Source: Tepidimonas taiwanensis
Lineage (GTDB): Bacteria > Pseudomonadota > Gammaproteobacteria > Burkholderiales > Burkholderiaceae_C
DNA length: 32,000 nucleotides
Assembly (NCBI RefSeq): GCF_020162115.1
Contig: NZ_CP083911.1
Coordinates: forward strand, 2,315,735 to 2,347,734
Direction of reading: 5' to 3'
The position numbers and the translations under genes are program-made. Below are positions 17,772 through 25,089 of this stretch, piece after piece. Every line of letters starts with the position of its first letter. Positions within the stretch are counted from its first letter, which is position 1. The notes under the pieces are model-generated. The model searched no databases and was not told the DNA's origin. It was given only the letters and a program-made list of their open reading frames with translations.

Positions 17772-17971
17772 GCCTACATCCAGCCCCACGTCCGCAACGA
17801 AACGGCGCGATCTCGCGCCGCCCCGCGCGTCCTACGAGCCGCCATCCGGCACCTCTCAGCGGGCGGCACCGGCCCTTTAAGGCACCAGACACGACAAAAC
17901 GCCTCGCCCGTGGAGCCCCCAAGGCATGGCTACGCCGAAACGGCGCGCTCCACCCCCCACGCCGCAACAGC

Positions 17972-19525
17972 TCACCCCACCGCAACCCAATCCCAGCCCA
18001 CGACGTTGCGCCGCTCGGCGCTGAACTCCACGCCCAGCAGATACACGGGGCGTCCGTCCGCGCGGTACTTGTCCGCGTAGCCGCGGGCCTTCAGTTGGGC
18101 GATGGCTTCGCCGGTTGGTTCTTCGCCCGCGATGCGCTTGAACTCGATGACGACGATGGCACCGTCGAGCTTCAACGTCAGGTCAATGCGCCCCTGGTTG
18201 GTGACGTCCTCGGGTGTGAGGTCCAAGCCGAGGCTCGCGATGTGCGAGTAAAAGACACTGGCCCAGTAGCCCTCGTACTGTGTGATGGGGTTGTTGCGGT
18301 ACCAGTCGGCGGGGATGGAGGCGTAGAGGCTCTCGAAGTGGGCTTTGAGGCCGTCAAAGTCCAGCGCCACGAGCAGCCGGTACAGGGGCAGGGACAGCTC
18401 GACCGCTTGCTGGGCTTCGGGCAGCAGGCACGTCAGCAGCGCGTTGTTGAGGGCGGACTCCACCTCGAGGTTCGGGTAACCCAGCCGGTAGCGCGACAGC
18501 CGCCCGAGCCGCTCTTCGGCCACAATGGTCAGATACCCGGTCTGCCACAGGATGGCCTCAGTGGCGATGTGCTCGACATCGAACGCTCCGAGCAACTGGT
18601 CGTCCGCCACCAGCGCGTCGAGCTTCGGGGTGAAGGTGTGCCGTTTGGTGAGCAGCTCCACGAGAAACGTGGGCGTGCCCGTCTCGAACCACCAGGCGCG
18701 ATAACTCCGCTTGGAAAACAGCAGCAAGACGTCAAACGGGTTGTACACCCGCTCGCCGAGCCATCCGTAGCCGTTGTACCAGCGCCGAATCTCCTCGCGG
18801 TCGAGCCCCTCCAACTCCGGCGCAAACACGGTGTCGATGTCGGCGTCGGTGTAGCCGCAAATCGCGCTGTAGCGCGCATCGAGCGTGATGTCTTCCAGGT
18901 TGTTCAGGCCCGAGAAGATGGAGACCTTGCTGAACTTCGAGACACCCGTCAGGAACACGAAGCGCAGGTGCGCGTCCTGCCCCTTGAGGACGGAGTACAA
19001 GTTGCGCAAGCCCTCGCGCATCGCGGCGGCCACCGCCTTGTCGCCGAGGTTGTCCAGAATCGGCTTGTCGTACTCGTCGATGAGGACGACCGCGCGCTGG
19101 CCGTACTGGCGCTCGGCACGGCGAATCAGCTCACCAAAGCAGCCCGGAATATCCAGCCCTGGCGGGCAGGTCACACCCAGCGCCTCCTGGTTCTGGCGCA
19201 GCACGTCCCAGATGCGCTGGTCGAGCTGTTCGCGGCTTTCCAAACGTCCCTCCGCAAAACTGATGCGGATGACCGGATAGCGCACCGACCAGTCCCAGTG
19301 GGCTTCGGCATACAGCCCCTCGAACAAGGCCCGGTTACCGGAAAAGAGTTCGGCCAGCGTGTCCAGAAACAGGCTCTTGCCAAAGCGGCGGGGCCGGGAG
19401 AGGAAGTAGTGCTTGCCCTGCTCGATGAGCTTGATGGCATACGGCGTCTTGTCGACGTAGTAGCAGCCCTCTTCGCGGATTTCGCGAAAGGTCTGGATGC
19501 CAATCGGGAGCTTACGGCGGGTCAT
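17972..19525 (-). CDS. AAA-ATPase-like N-terminal domain fused to a PD-(D/E)XK nuclease domain (PF09820/PF08011-type architecture, function unknown)
   Basis: N-terminus KLPIGIQTFREIREEGCYYVDKTPYAIKLI...FLSRPRRFGKSLFLDTL (P-loop-like), VVLIDEYDKP (Walker B-like), C-terminus GRIDLTLKLDGAIVVIEFK (D...ExK). The start is at ATG 19525 (MTRRKLPIG). Confidence 0.8.
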   Translation of the reverse strand: MTRRKLPIGIQTFREIREEGCYYVDKTPYAIKLIEQGKHYFLSRPRRFGKSLFLDTLAELFSGNRALFEGLYAEAHWDWSVRYPVIRISFAEGRLESREQLDQRIWDVLRQNQEALGVTCPPGLDIPGCFGELIRRAERQYGQRAVVLIDEYDKPILDNLGDKAVAAAMREGLRNLYSVLKGQDAHLRFVFLTGVSKFSKVSIFSGLNNLEDITLDARYSAICGYTDADIDTVFAPELEGLDREEIRRWYNGYGWLGERVYNPFDVLLLFSKRSYRAWWFETGTPTFLVELLTKRHTFTPKLDALVADDQLLGAFDVEHIATEAILWQTGYLTIVAEERLGRLSRYRLGYPNLEVESALNNALLTCLLPEAQQAVELSLPLYRLLVALDFDGLKAHFESLYASIPADWYRNNPITQYEGYWASVFYSHIASLGLDLTPEDVTNQGRIDLTLKLDGAIVVIEFKRIAGEEPTGEAIAQLKARGYADKYRADGRPVYLLGVEFSAERRNVVGWDWVAVG

Positions 19526-19705
19526 GAGCGGATCATGGCGGTCGGCTGGGCAACCCACACCCATACATTGGGCTTATGGATACATCGTCGCAATTATCCA
19601 TCGCCGCGCAACGAACCGACAGTTGGTACCAGCCCACGCCCGGGGCCAACACATTGCTGCCGCGCAACGTGCCCGCACCGCCGCGCTGCCGCGGACCGAC
19701 TGCCC

Positions 19706-19736
19706 CAGAAAAAACCCCGCCACGGCGGGCGGGGTT
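19706..19736 (-). terminator. Intrinsic terminator of porin 1
   Basis: The minus-strand RNA reads AACCCCGCC-CGCCGU-GGCGGGGUU (9-bp stem, 19713-19736) followed by UUUUCUGGGG. A second hairpin, GCCACCC/GGGTGGC at 19751-19771, sits directly after the stop codon. Confidence 0.65.
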
Positions 19737-19783
19737 GTTGCATGAACAACGCCACCCAGCTAGCGGGTGGCGGACATGACCGA

Positions 19784-20797
19784 TCAGAAGCTGTGGCGCA
19801 CGCCAACGGCGTACAGGTTACCCTTCTCGGTCTTGACGCCAGCGGCGTTCTTGACCGAGTAGTTGTTCAGGCCGGCGTACAGGCGGGTGCGCTTGGACAG
19901 ATCATAGTAACCCGTGATCGTGTAGCCGTTGCCCTTCCCGTTGCTGGCACCATTGGCCAGCTTGTATTTGGCGTGAACATAACCCACCGCAATACGGGCG
20001 TTGCTCGCCACGGGGAAGTCGACGCCGAGCTGGTACTCGTTGTCCTTGCCGCCCATGTCGAGCTTGGCGCGGTTGTAGCCCGCGGTCAGCTTGGCCACGC
20101 CAAAGTCGTACGAGCCGGCCAGCAGCGTGTAGGTGCGGTCGACCGTGTTGCTCACTTCTTCTTGCTGGTACGCCGCGCCCACCAGCAACGGACCCGCCGC
20201 GTACTTGACGTGGAACGCGGTGGTGTCGGTCGCGCTGCTCGTCGCGGTCTTGTTTTCACCCAGGGCATAGGTGATCGCACCGCTGAAGCCCGAGAAGTCC
20301 GGCGAGATGTACGTGATTTGGTTGTCGCGGCGATTGCCGTAGTCCGCCACGCCTTTGCCCCAAACGGTACCCGTGGTGGCAAACGAGGAGTCGAAGCTGT
20401 TGTTGGTCGCGGCACGCAGCGTGTCGTACGCCGTGTATTGGCGACCGAACCGCACTTCACCAAAGCCGCCCGCCAGGCCCAAGAAGGCTTGACGGTTGAA
20501 TTGCAAACCAGCGGAAGCTTGCGCACCGGTGTCGATGTTGAAGCCCTGCTCCAGCACGAAGTTGGCCTTCAGACCGCCACCCAGATCCTCGGTACCACGC
20601 AGACCAAAACGGCTACCGTTGTAGCCGCCCGAGCCTTGAACGGTTTGGCGAACACCGGTGAGCACACCGCCTTGCAAGGTTTCCGTCTTGGTGGAACCCA
20701 ACCAAACATCCGCCACGCCGTAGAGCGTGACCGACGATTGAGCAGAAGCGATACCGGCAGCGGCCAGCGCGGCCAGTGCGACGAGGGATTTTTTCAT
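19784..20797 (-). CDS. General porin (Gram-negative Porin_4 / OmpC-like, betaproteobacterial type)
   Basis: Signal peptide MKKSLVALAALAAAGIASAQS, N-terminal SVTLYGVADVWLG, SRFGLRGTEDLGGGLKANFVLEQGF, and C-terminal LYAVGVRHSF ending in aromatic F. The start is at ATG 20797, with CAGGAG upstream. Confidence 0.85.
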   Translation of the reverse strand: MKKSLVALAALAAAGIASAQSSVTLYGVADVWLGSTKTETLQGGVLTGVRQTVQGSGGYNGSRFGLRGTEDLGGGLKANFVLEQGFNIDTGAQASAGLQFNRQAFLGLAGGFGEVRFGRQYTAYDTLRAATNNSFDSSFATTGTVWGKGVADYGNRRDNQITYISPDFSGFSGAITYALGENKTATSSATDTTAFHVKYAAGPLLVGAAYQQEEVSNTVDRTYTLLAGSYDFGVAKLTAGYNRAKLDMGGKDNEYQLGVDFPVASNARIAVGYVHAKYKLANGASNGKGNGYTITGYYDLSKRTRLYAGLNNYSVKNAAGVKTEKGNLYAVGVRHSF

Positions 20798-20886
20798 GAA
20801 CACACTCCTGTGCAGATGGTGATGTTGGTGCCCCTTGGGTGCACCGCTGGAGAACACCGCACCCTTGTCGTGCAAGGGCTAGCGCG

Positions 20887-20915
20887 ATTACAACACACCC
20901 CGCCCACGTCGCCAA
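20887..20915 (-). promoter_or_regulatory. Sigma70-like promoter of porin 1 with extended -10
   Basis: The minus strand reads TTGGCG (20915-20910), a 17-nt spacer whose last 3 nt are TGT, then TGTAAT (20892-20887), giving TGnTGTAAT. The implied 5' UTR is about 80 nt. Confidence 0.4.
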
Positions 20916-20956
20916 CGAATCCCATGCTGGCCACCCCAAAACGTTGCGCGCATGCA

Positions 20957-20987
20957 ACAAAAAACCGGCCAGGGTTGCGCTGGCCGG
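20957..20987 (-). terminator. Intrinsic terminator of porin 2
   Basis: The minus-strand RNA reads CCGGCCAG-CGCAACC-CUGGCCGG (20965-20987) followed by UUUUUUGUUGC. A second 9-bp hairpin, CGCCGCACC/GGTGCGGCG at 21002-21026, lies just after the stop. Confidence 0.65.
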
Positions 20988-21037
20988 CCAGAGGTCTGAG
21001 ACGCCGCACCACGAGCGGGTGCGGCGGCACCGGGCGA

Positions 21038-22042
21038 TCAGAACGTGTGCTTCACGCCCACTGCGTACAGGTCATACTTACCAACGACGGCACCAACGCC
21101 GTCCTTCCACTTGGTGTTGTTGACGCCAGCGTAGGCCATCGTGCGCTTGGACAGGTTGTAGCCCAGGGCAACGCCCCAGCCACTACCCTTGCCCTCGGTG
21201 ACGCCGGCATCCTTCACCTTGGAGTACGCGTAACCACCGGAGAGCGTCAGGTTGCCACCCAGCGGCACGTCAACGCCGATGTGATATTCGTTGGCCTTGG
21301 TGTCACCCGAAGCAACGCGACCATAGCTGGCCAGCAGCTTGGCGGCACCGAGATCATACGAGCCGTTGAGGCGAATGAATTTGACCGCAGGATCGCCTGC
21401 AATGCCACTGTCTTCACGCTGGTACGCCAAACCCGCAAAGACAGGACCGTTCTCGTACTTAACATGCGCCGCATAGATCTTCGAGGCGCTCTTGGCGGCG
21501 GATTTGTCCTCGCCCAGCGCGTAGCTGAACGCACCGCTGAAGCCGCTCACCACCGGCGTGGCGTAGTACACACCGTTCTTCGGATTGGCGGTGTAGCCGT
21601 TGCTCACGAAGACGTTGGACGTCGCCGAGAATTTGGAGTCGAACGCACTGTTGGTCGCGCCGCTGATGTCGTCGTAGGCCGTCCAGACCTTACCCAGCTT
21701 GACTTCACCAAACCCGCCAGAGAAACCAACGTAAGCTTGGCGGGTGAAGGCTTGCCCTGCCTCGGTCGAGCCGTCGTCCACGGCGAACCCTTGCTCCAAC
21801 AGGAAGTTGGCCTTCAGGCCGCTGCCCAGGTCTTCGCTGCCTTTGAAGCCGAAGCGGCTACCGCTGATGCCGCCGGAGTCGACCTTGGTCTGACGCTCGC
21901 CCTCCAGGCCGTTGCCATTGTCGACGCGCAAACGCTCGGAGCCAACCCATGCATCGACGATACCGTAGACCTGAACAGACGACTGCGCCATCGCAGCACC
22001 CGCCGCGGCCATCACCGCCAGCGCAACGAACGATTTTTTCAT
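21038..22042 (-). CDS. General porin, paralog of porin 1
   Basis: MKKSFVALAVMAAAGAAMAQS, SVQVYGIVDAWVG, SRFGFKGSEDLGSGLKANFLLEQGF and C-terminal LYAVGVKHTF. I place the start at ATG 22042, with AAGGTG 6 nt upstream. The ORF-track start at 22051 is a GTG. Confidence 0.85.
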   Translation of the reverse strand: MKKSFVALAVMAAAGAAMAQSSVQVYGIVDAWVGSERLRVDNGNGLEGERQTKVDSGGISGSRFGFKGSEDLGSGLKANFLLEQGFAVDDGSTEAGQAFTRQAYVGFSGGFGEVKLGKVWTAYDDISGATNSAFDSKFSATSNVFVSNGYTANPKNGVYYATPVVSGFSGAFSYALGEDKSAAKSASKIYAAHVKYENGPVFAGLAYQREDSGIAGDPAVKFIRLNGSYDLGAAKLLASYGRVASGDTKANEYHIGVDVPLGGNLTLSGGYAYSKVKDAGVTEGKGSGWGVALGYNLSKRTMAYAGVNNTKWKDGVGAVVGKYDLYAVGVKHTF

Positions 22043-22472
22043 GTGCTTCACCTTGGAGTGTTGGTTATCGGAGTGTTTAGGCGCACCAACGACGCCACAC
22101 GAAGCAGCCCCGCAGGCTATATGGGGCAGCCGCTGGATTGATACCGCACCGCAACACGATTTGATTGTAGCGATAACCCCCCCTGCGCCCCTTTCTCTTT
22201 ACATTTTCTTTACAGAAGTGTTGCCCCCATACAACGTGGTCCCCTCCCCCTTGTGGCACGCCGCACCAAGGCCGTACCAGCGGCACACGCAAGTCAAAAT
22301 CACACGGAACGCCGCTCGCACGCACCGCCTCCGGGAAAACCCCTGTGGTTTTTACGCCAAAAAAACGAACGACCGTTCGCACAAAGCCCTGACCGGGGAC
22401 TACGATAGGGTGGGGATCGCAAAGCCCCTGACCCGATACCACAGCCCCACCATTTGCAAGGAGTTCGACAAC

Positions 22473-23744
22473 ATGACACCCCGTATGCGACACCGCATGC
22501 TGCAACTGACGCCCGTGGCAGCCGTGGCCGCCTTGGCGGCGGTCAGCGCCCACGCCCAACAAAACGTCCAGCTCTACGGGCTGGTGGACGCCGGTATCAC
22601 GCACGTGACGGGCCTGCGCCAGGGCTCTGTCACGCAACTGGCCAGCGGTATCATGGAAGGCTCACGCTGGGGCCTCAAGGGCACCGAAGACCTGGGCGGC
22701 GGCTACAAGGCGATCTTCACGCTGGAGAGCCGCTTCGAGGTCGACACGGGCAGCCTCTCCAATCGCCCCATTTCCGGCACCCAGGTGCCCGACCGCATCG
22801 CCACCCCGGCGGCACTGAATTTGCCAGCCGCGCTGGCTCCCGTCGTCAATCAAGTCAACGCCAACATCGCCAACGGCACGCTGGGTGTCAACTTGAACAA
22901 CAACCAGTTCGACCGCCAGGCGTATGTGGGCCTGATCACACCGGTGGGCGCGGTGCTCGCGGGCCGCATGTACACGCCGGACTACGAGGTCTCCGCCGAG
23001 TTCGACGCGATGCAGACACAGTCCGCGCTGGCGGCGGGTCAGCTCGCCGCCATCCCCGCCGGGTTCGACATCCGCGTCAATAACGCATTGCAATACCGCG
23101 TCCAGACGGGCGGCATCACCGCCTCGCTGATGTACGGCTTCGGCGAAACGGGCAACTCCAGCAGCAACAGCCGCTTCGTGGGCCTGATGGGCATGTACAA
23201 GGGCGATGGCTACGCCGTCGGCATGGGCTACAACACCCGCAACAACGAGGTGGGCCAGAAGTCCCTGACCACCACGACGGTGGGCGGCTGGGTCAACGTG
23301 GGCCCGGGCAAACTCAGCGCGGTTTACTCGCGCCACAAGGACGACCACCCGAGTAACCTGTCCACACTGGCGGCGACGCTGACGGCCGGGGGCGTGCCGG
23401 CACCGGCCGCGGCCGCCGTTCAAGCCGCCTACATGAACGCGCTCAAGCAGCGCTTCGACCTGTTCAACATCGGCTACCGCATCACCTCCGGCCCGCACAC
23501 GGTCACGGTGGCCTACACCAACCGCAACGAAAAAACGTCGTACGACGCGGATGCGCGCTCGTACGGGGTGGCGTACACCTACGCGCTGTCCAAGCGCACG
23601 GACCTCAACGCGGTGGTGGTGCGCTTCGACAACCGGAAGAACGGGCAGGCAGCCCCGGGCGGCAACGGCTATTTGGGCGGCGTGACGCGCTCGGCCGGCA
23701 CCGACAGCACCGGCATCGCCCTGGGCATCCGTCACCGCTTCTGA
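22473..23744 (+). CDS. Larger general porin (423 aa), divergent from porin 2
   Basis: ATG 22473 is preceded by CAAGGAG. It has a signal peptide ending AVSAHAQQ, then NVQLYGLVDAGITHV, SRWGLKGTEDLGGGYKAIFTLESRF and C-terminal GIALGIRHRF. The upstream 144 codons of the track ORF are non-coding. Confidence 0.8.
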   Translation: MTPRMRHRMLQLTPVAAVAALAAVSAHAQQNVQLYGLVDAGITHVTGLRQGSVTQLASGIMEGSRWGLKGTEDLGGGYKAIFTLESRFEVDTGSLSNRPISGTQVPDRIATPAALNLPAALAPVVNQVNANIANGTLGVNLNNNQFDRQAYVGLITPVGAVLAGRMYTPDYEVSAEFDAMQTQSALAAGQLAAIPAGFDIRVNNALQYRVQTGGITASLMYGFGETGNSSSNSRFVGLMGMYKGDGYAVGMGYNTRNNEVGQKSLTTTTVGGWVNVGPGKLSAVYSRHKDDHPSNLSTLAATLTAGGVPAPAAAAVQAAYMNALKQRFDLFNIGYRITSGPHTVTVAYTNRNEKTSYDADARSYGVAYTYALSKRTDLNAVVVRFDNRKNGQAAPGGNGYLGGVTRSAGTDSTGIALGIRHRF

Positions 23745-23783
23745 TCGCGCAGCGGGGGCACAACGGGCGACACCACAGGCCCT

Positions 23784-23809
23784 GCGCCGGGGACGACAGC
23801 CCCCGGCGC
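23784..23809 (+). terminator. Hairpin downstream of porin 3
   Basis: GCGCCGGGG (23784-23792) pairs with CCCCGGCGC (23801-23809), giving a 9-bp stem and an 8-nt loop. There is no U-tract, so the function is inferred from position. Confidence 0.3.
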
Positions 23810-23949
23810 TCCGGGCTCGTGGCGGCGGCACGGCTTGGTTTTACCTTCCCCTCTTCGACCCGTCGAGAGGGAGAATGCGAAAACCCCAGCGTTTCTGTGG
23901 TGCCGTCAAGCAAGGGGCCGATCGGTCAACCGGTCGGCCCTCGTCCCAT

Positions 23950-24555
23950 TCAGAAGGTCCATCCCAGTCCGACCCCGACCAGGACGGGGTCGACCTTGAA
24001 GCGGTCGAGGTGCGCCCCGCCCGCCTGGATGTCGGTGCGGATGTAGACTTTTTTCACGTCAAAGTTGAGCACCATATTTTTGCCGACGGGGATGTCGACG
24101 CCCACTTGCAGCGCGCCACCCCAGCTGTTGCGGTCGATGCTGAGCCCCGCCGGGAGGTTGACGCTGCTGAAGCGCGTGTAGTTGATGCCTGCGCCGACGT
24201 AGGGCCGGAATCCCGACATCGGGAAGTGATATTGCAGCGTCAGTGTCGGCGGCAGGTGTTTGAGTGTGCCGATCTGCGCTCCGGCCAGCGAGACGCGCTG
24301 TTTCTGCGGCACGGTCAAAATCAGCTCGGCCGCCCAGTTGGGGCTGAAGAAGTAGGTGAAGTCCACTTCCGGCAGCCACTTGCTGTTGATCGACACGGGC
24401 GTGGCGGGGTTGCTGTTGTCGTTGGCCGGGTCGAGGTGAACCGCGCGGGCACGCACCAGCAACGTCCCGGCATCCACGGCTTGCGCGTGCGCGCCCATCG
24501 ATGCCCCCACCAGCGCGGCCAGCGTGGCCGCGCGCCACCAACCTGTGTAATTCAT
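23950..24555 (-). CDS. ompW: OmpW-family outer-membrane protein
   Basis: The start is at ATG 24555 (MNYTGWWRAATLAALVGASMGAHAQ). Motifs LPEVDFTYFFSPNWAAELI, RPYVGAGINYTRF and C-terminal VGVGLGWTF are typical of OmpW. Confidence 0.85.
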   Translation of the reverse strand: MNYTGWWRAATLAALVGASMGAHAQAVDAGTLLVRARAVHLDPANDNSNPATPVSINSKWLPEVDFTYFFSPNWAAELILTVPQKQRVSLAGAQIGTLKHLPPTLTLQYHFPMSGFRPYVGAGINYTRFSSVNLPAGLSIDRNSWGGALQVGVDIPVGKNMVLNFDVKKVYIRTDIQAGGAHLDRFKVDPVLVGVGLGWTF

Positions 24556-24647
24556 GCTTTTCTCCGGTTTCAGATAGACGAGGTCATGCAGGGCATACGC
24601 CCCGCCGCCATTGCACCCGAACCGCAGCCGCCGTGGCTTGATCGAGG

Positions 24648-24758
24648 TCAAAAGGGCTGCACGCCGCCGCCACAGCCGCGTGAACGACCGATACGCGAGT
24701 ACTCGTGGATGAGGCGGTTGCGCACCTGACGCAGCCGCTCGAGTTCGGGCTAGGCCAT
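24648..24758 (-). pseudogene. Relic of a HEPN/DUF86 toxin gene (internal deletion plus premature stop)
   Basis: Two nt after the MNT stop the minus strand reads ATG GCC TAG. The same frame then gives PELERLRQVRNRLIHEY (Rx4HxY), 16 unrelated codons and TGA at 24648. Only 205 nt separate the MNT stop from ompW. Confidence 0.5.
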
Positions 24759-24760
24759 CT

Positions 24761-25066
24761 TCACAGCAACACCCCCTGCGCGCGGGCGATGGCGTAGATG
24801 GGCGCATCGGTCTGGCGGCCGGGGTAGTCAATCAGCACGTCCACCTTGCGCTCGCCCAGCCGAGAATACACGTCGGCCAGAAAACCGAGGTGGGCATCCA
24901 CGATGGCCGCCGGGTCGGTCAAGGGGGTTTCGATCAGCAGGTCGATGTCCCCGCCGCGGCGGCTGTCGTCCAGCCGCGAGCCGAACAGCCGCACCTGCGC
25001 CGCGGCGCCAAACCGGCGCCGCGCCGTCTCGCGTAACACCTCGCGTTCTTCGGGGGTCAACCGCAT
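24761..25066 (-). CDS. MNT-type minimal nucleotidyltransferase (orphan antitoxin-like)
   Basis: 101 aa from ATG 25066 (MRLTPEEREVL...) with the NTase motif LFGSRLDDSRRGGDIDLLIE. It lies 23 nt downstream of the carboxypeptidase stop. Confidence 0.75.
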   Translation of the reverse strand: MRLTPEEREVLRETARRRFGAAAQVRLFGSRLDDSRRGGDIDLLIETPLTDPAAIVDAHLGFLADVYSRLGERKVDVLIDYPGRQTDAPIYAIARAQGVLL

Positions 25067-25089
25067 GCGCTGATGACACGCCCCAGCCC

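Noticed and set aside
15210-17789. An 859-aa minus-strand ORF antisense to hppD, phhB and phhA.
   Set aside because: It has the same artefactual composition (R/A/G/V/D/H-rich, no motifs). The plus-strand genes are unambiguous and have Shine-Dalgarno sites.
17793-19615. A 9-bp direct repeat, CGCAACGAA (17793-17801 and 19607-19615), flanking the AAA-nuclease gene, considered as a possible target-site duplication.
   Set aside because: A 9-mer match between two ~200-260-bp spacers is expected by chance at roughly a 0.2 frequency. There are no terminal inverted repeats, integrase or transposase to go with it.
17768-22141. A 1457-aa plus-strand ORF spanning the AAA-nuclease gene and two porin genes, the largest ORF in the track.
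   Set aside because: The translation is Arg/Ala/Gly/Val-rich low complexity with no recognisable domain. It lies antisense to three minus-strand genes that each have clear family signatures, signal peptides, ribosome-binding sites and terminators. Long stop-free antisense frames are expected at this GC content.
14432-25066. The two HEPN/MNT modules, one at each end, considered as boundaries of a ~10.6-kb composite island.
   Set aside because: The two MNT proteins belong to visibly different subfamilies, with different motif contexts and lengths. The interior includes host-composition core genes (hppD, phhB, phhA). No repeats or mobility genes link the ends.
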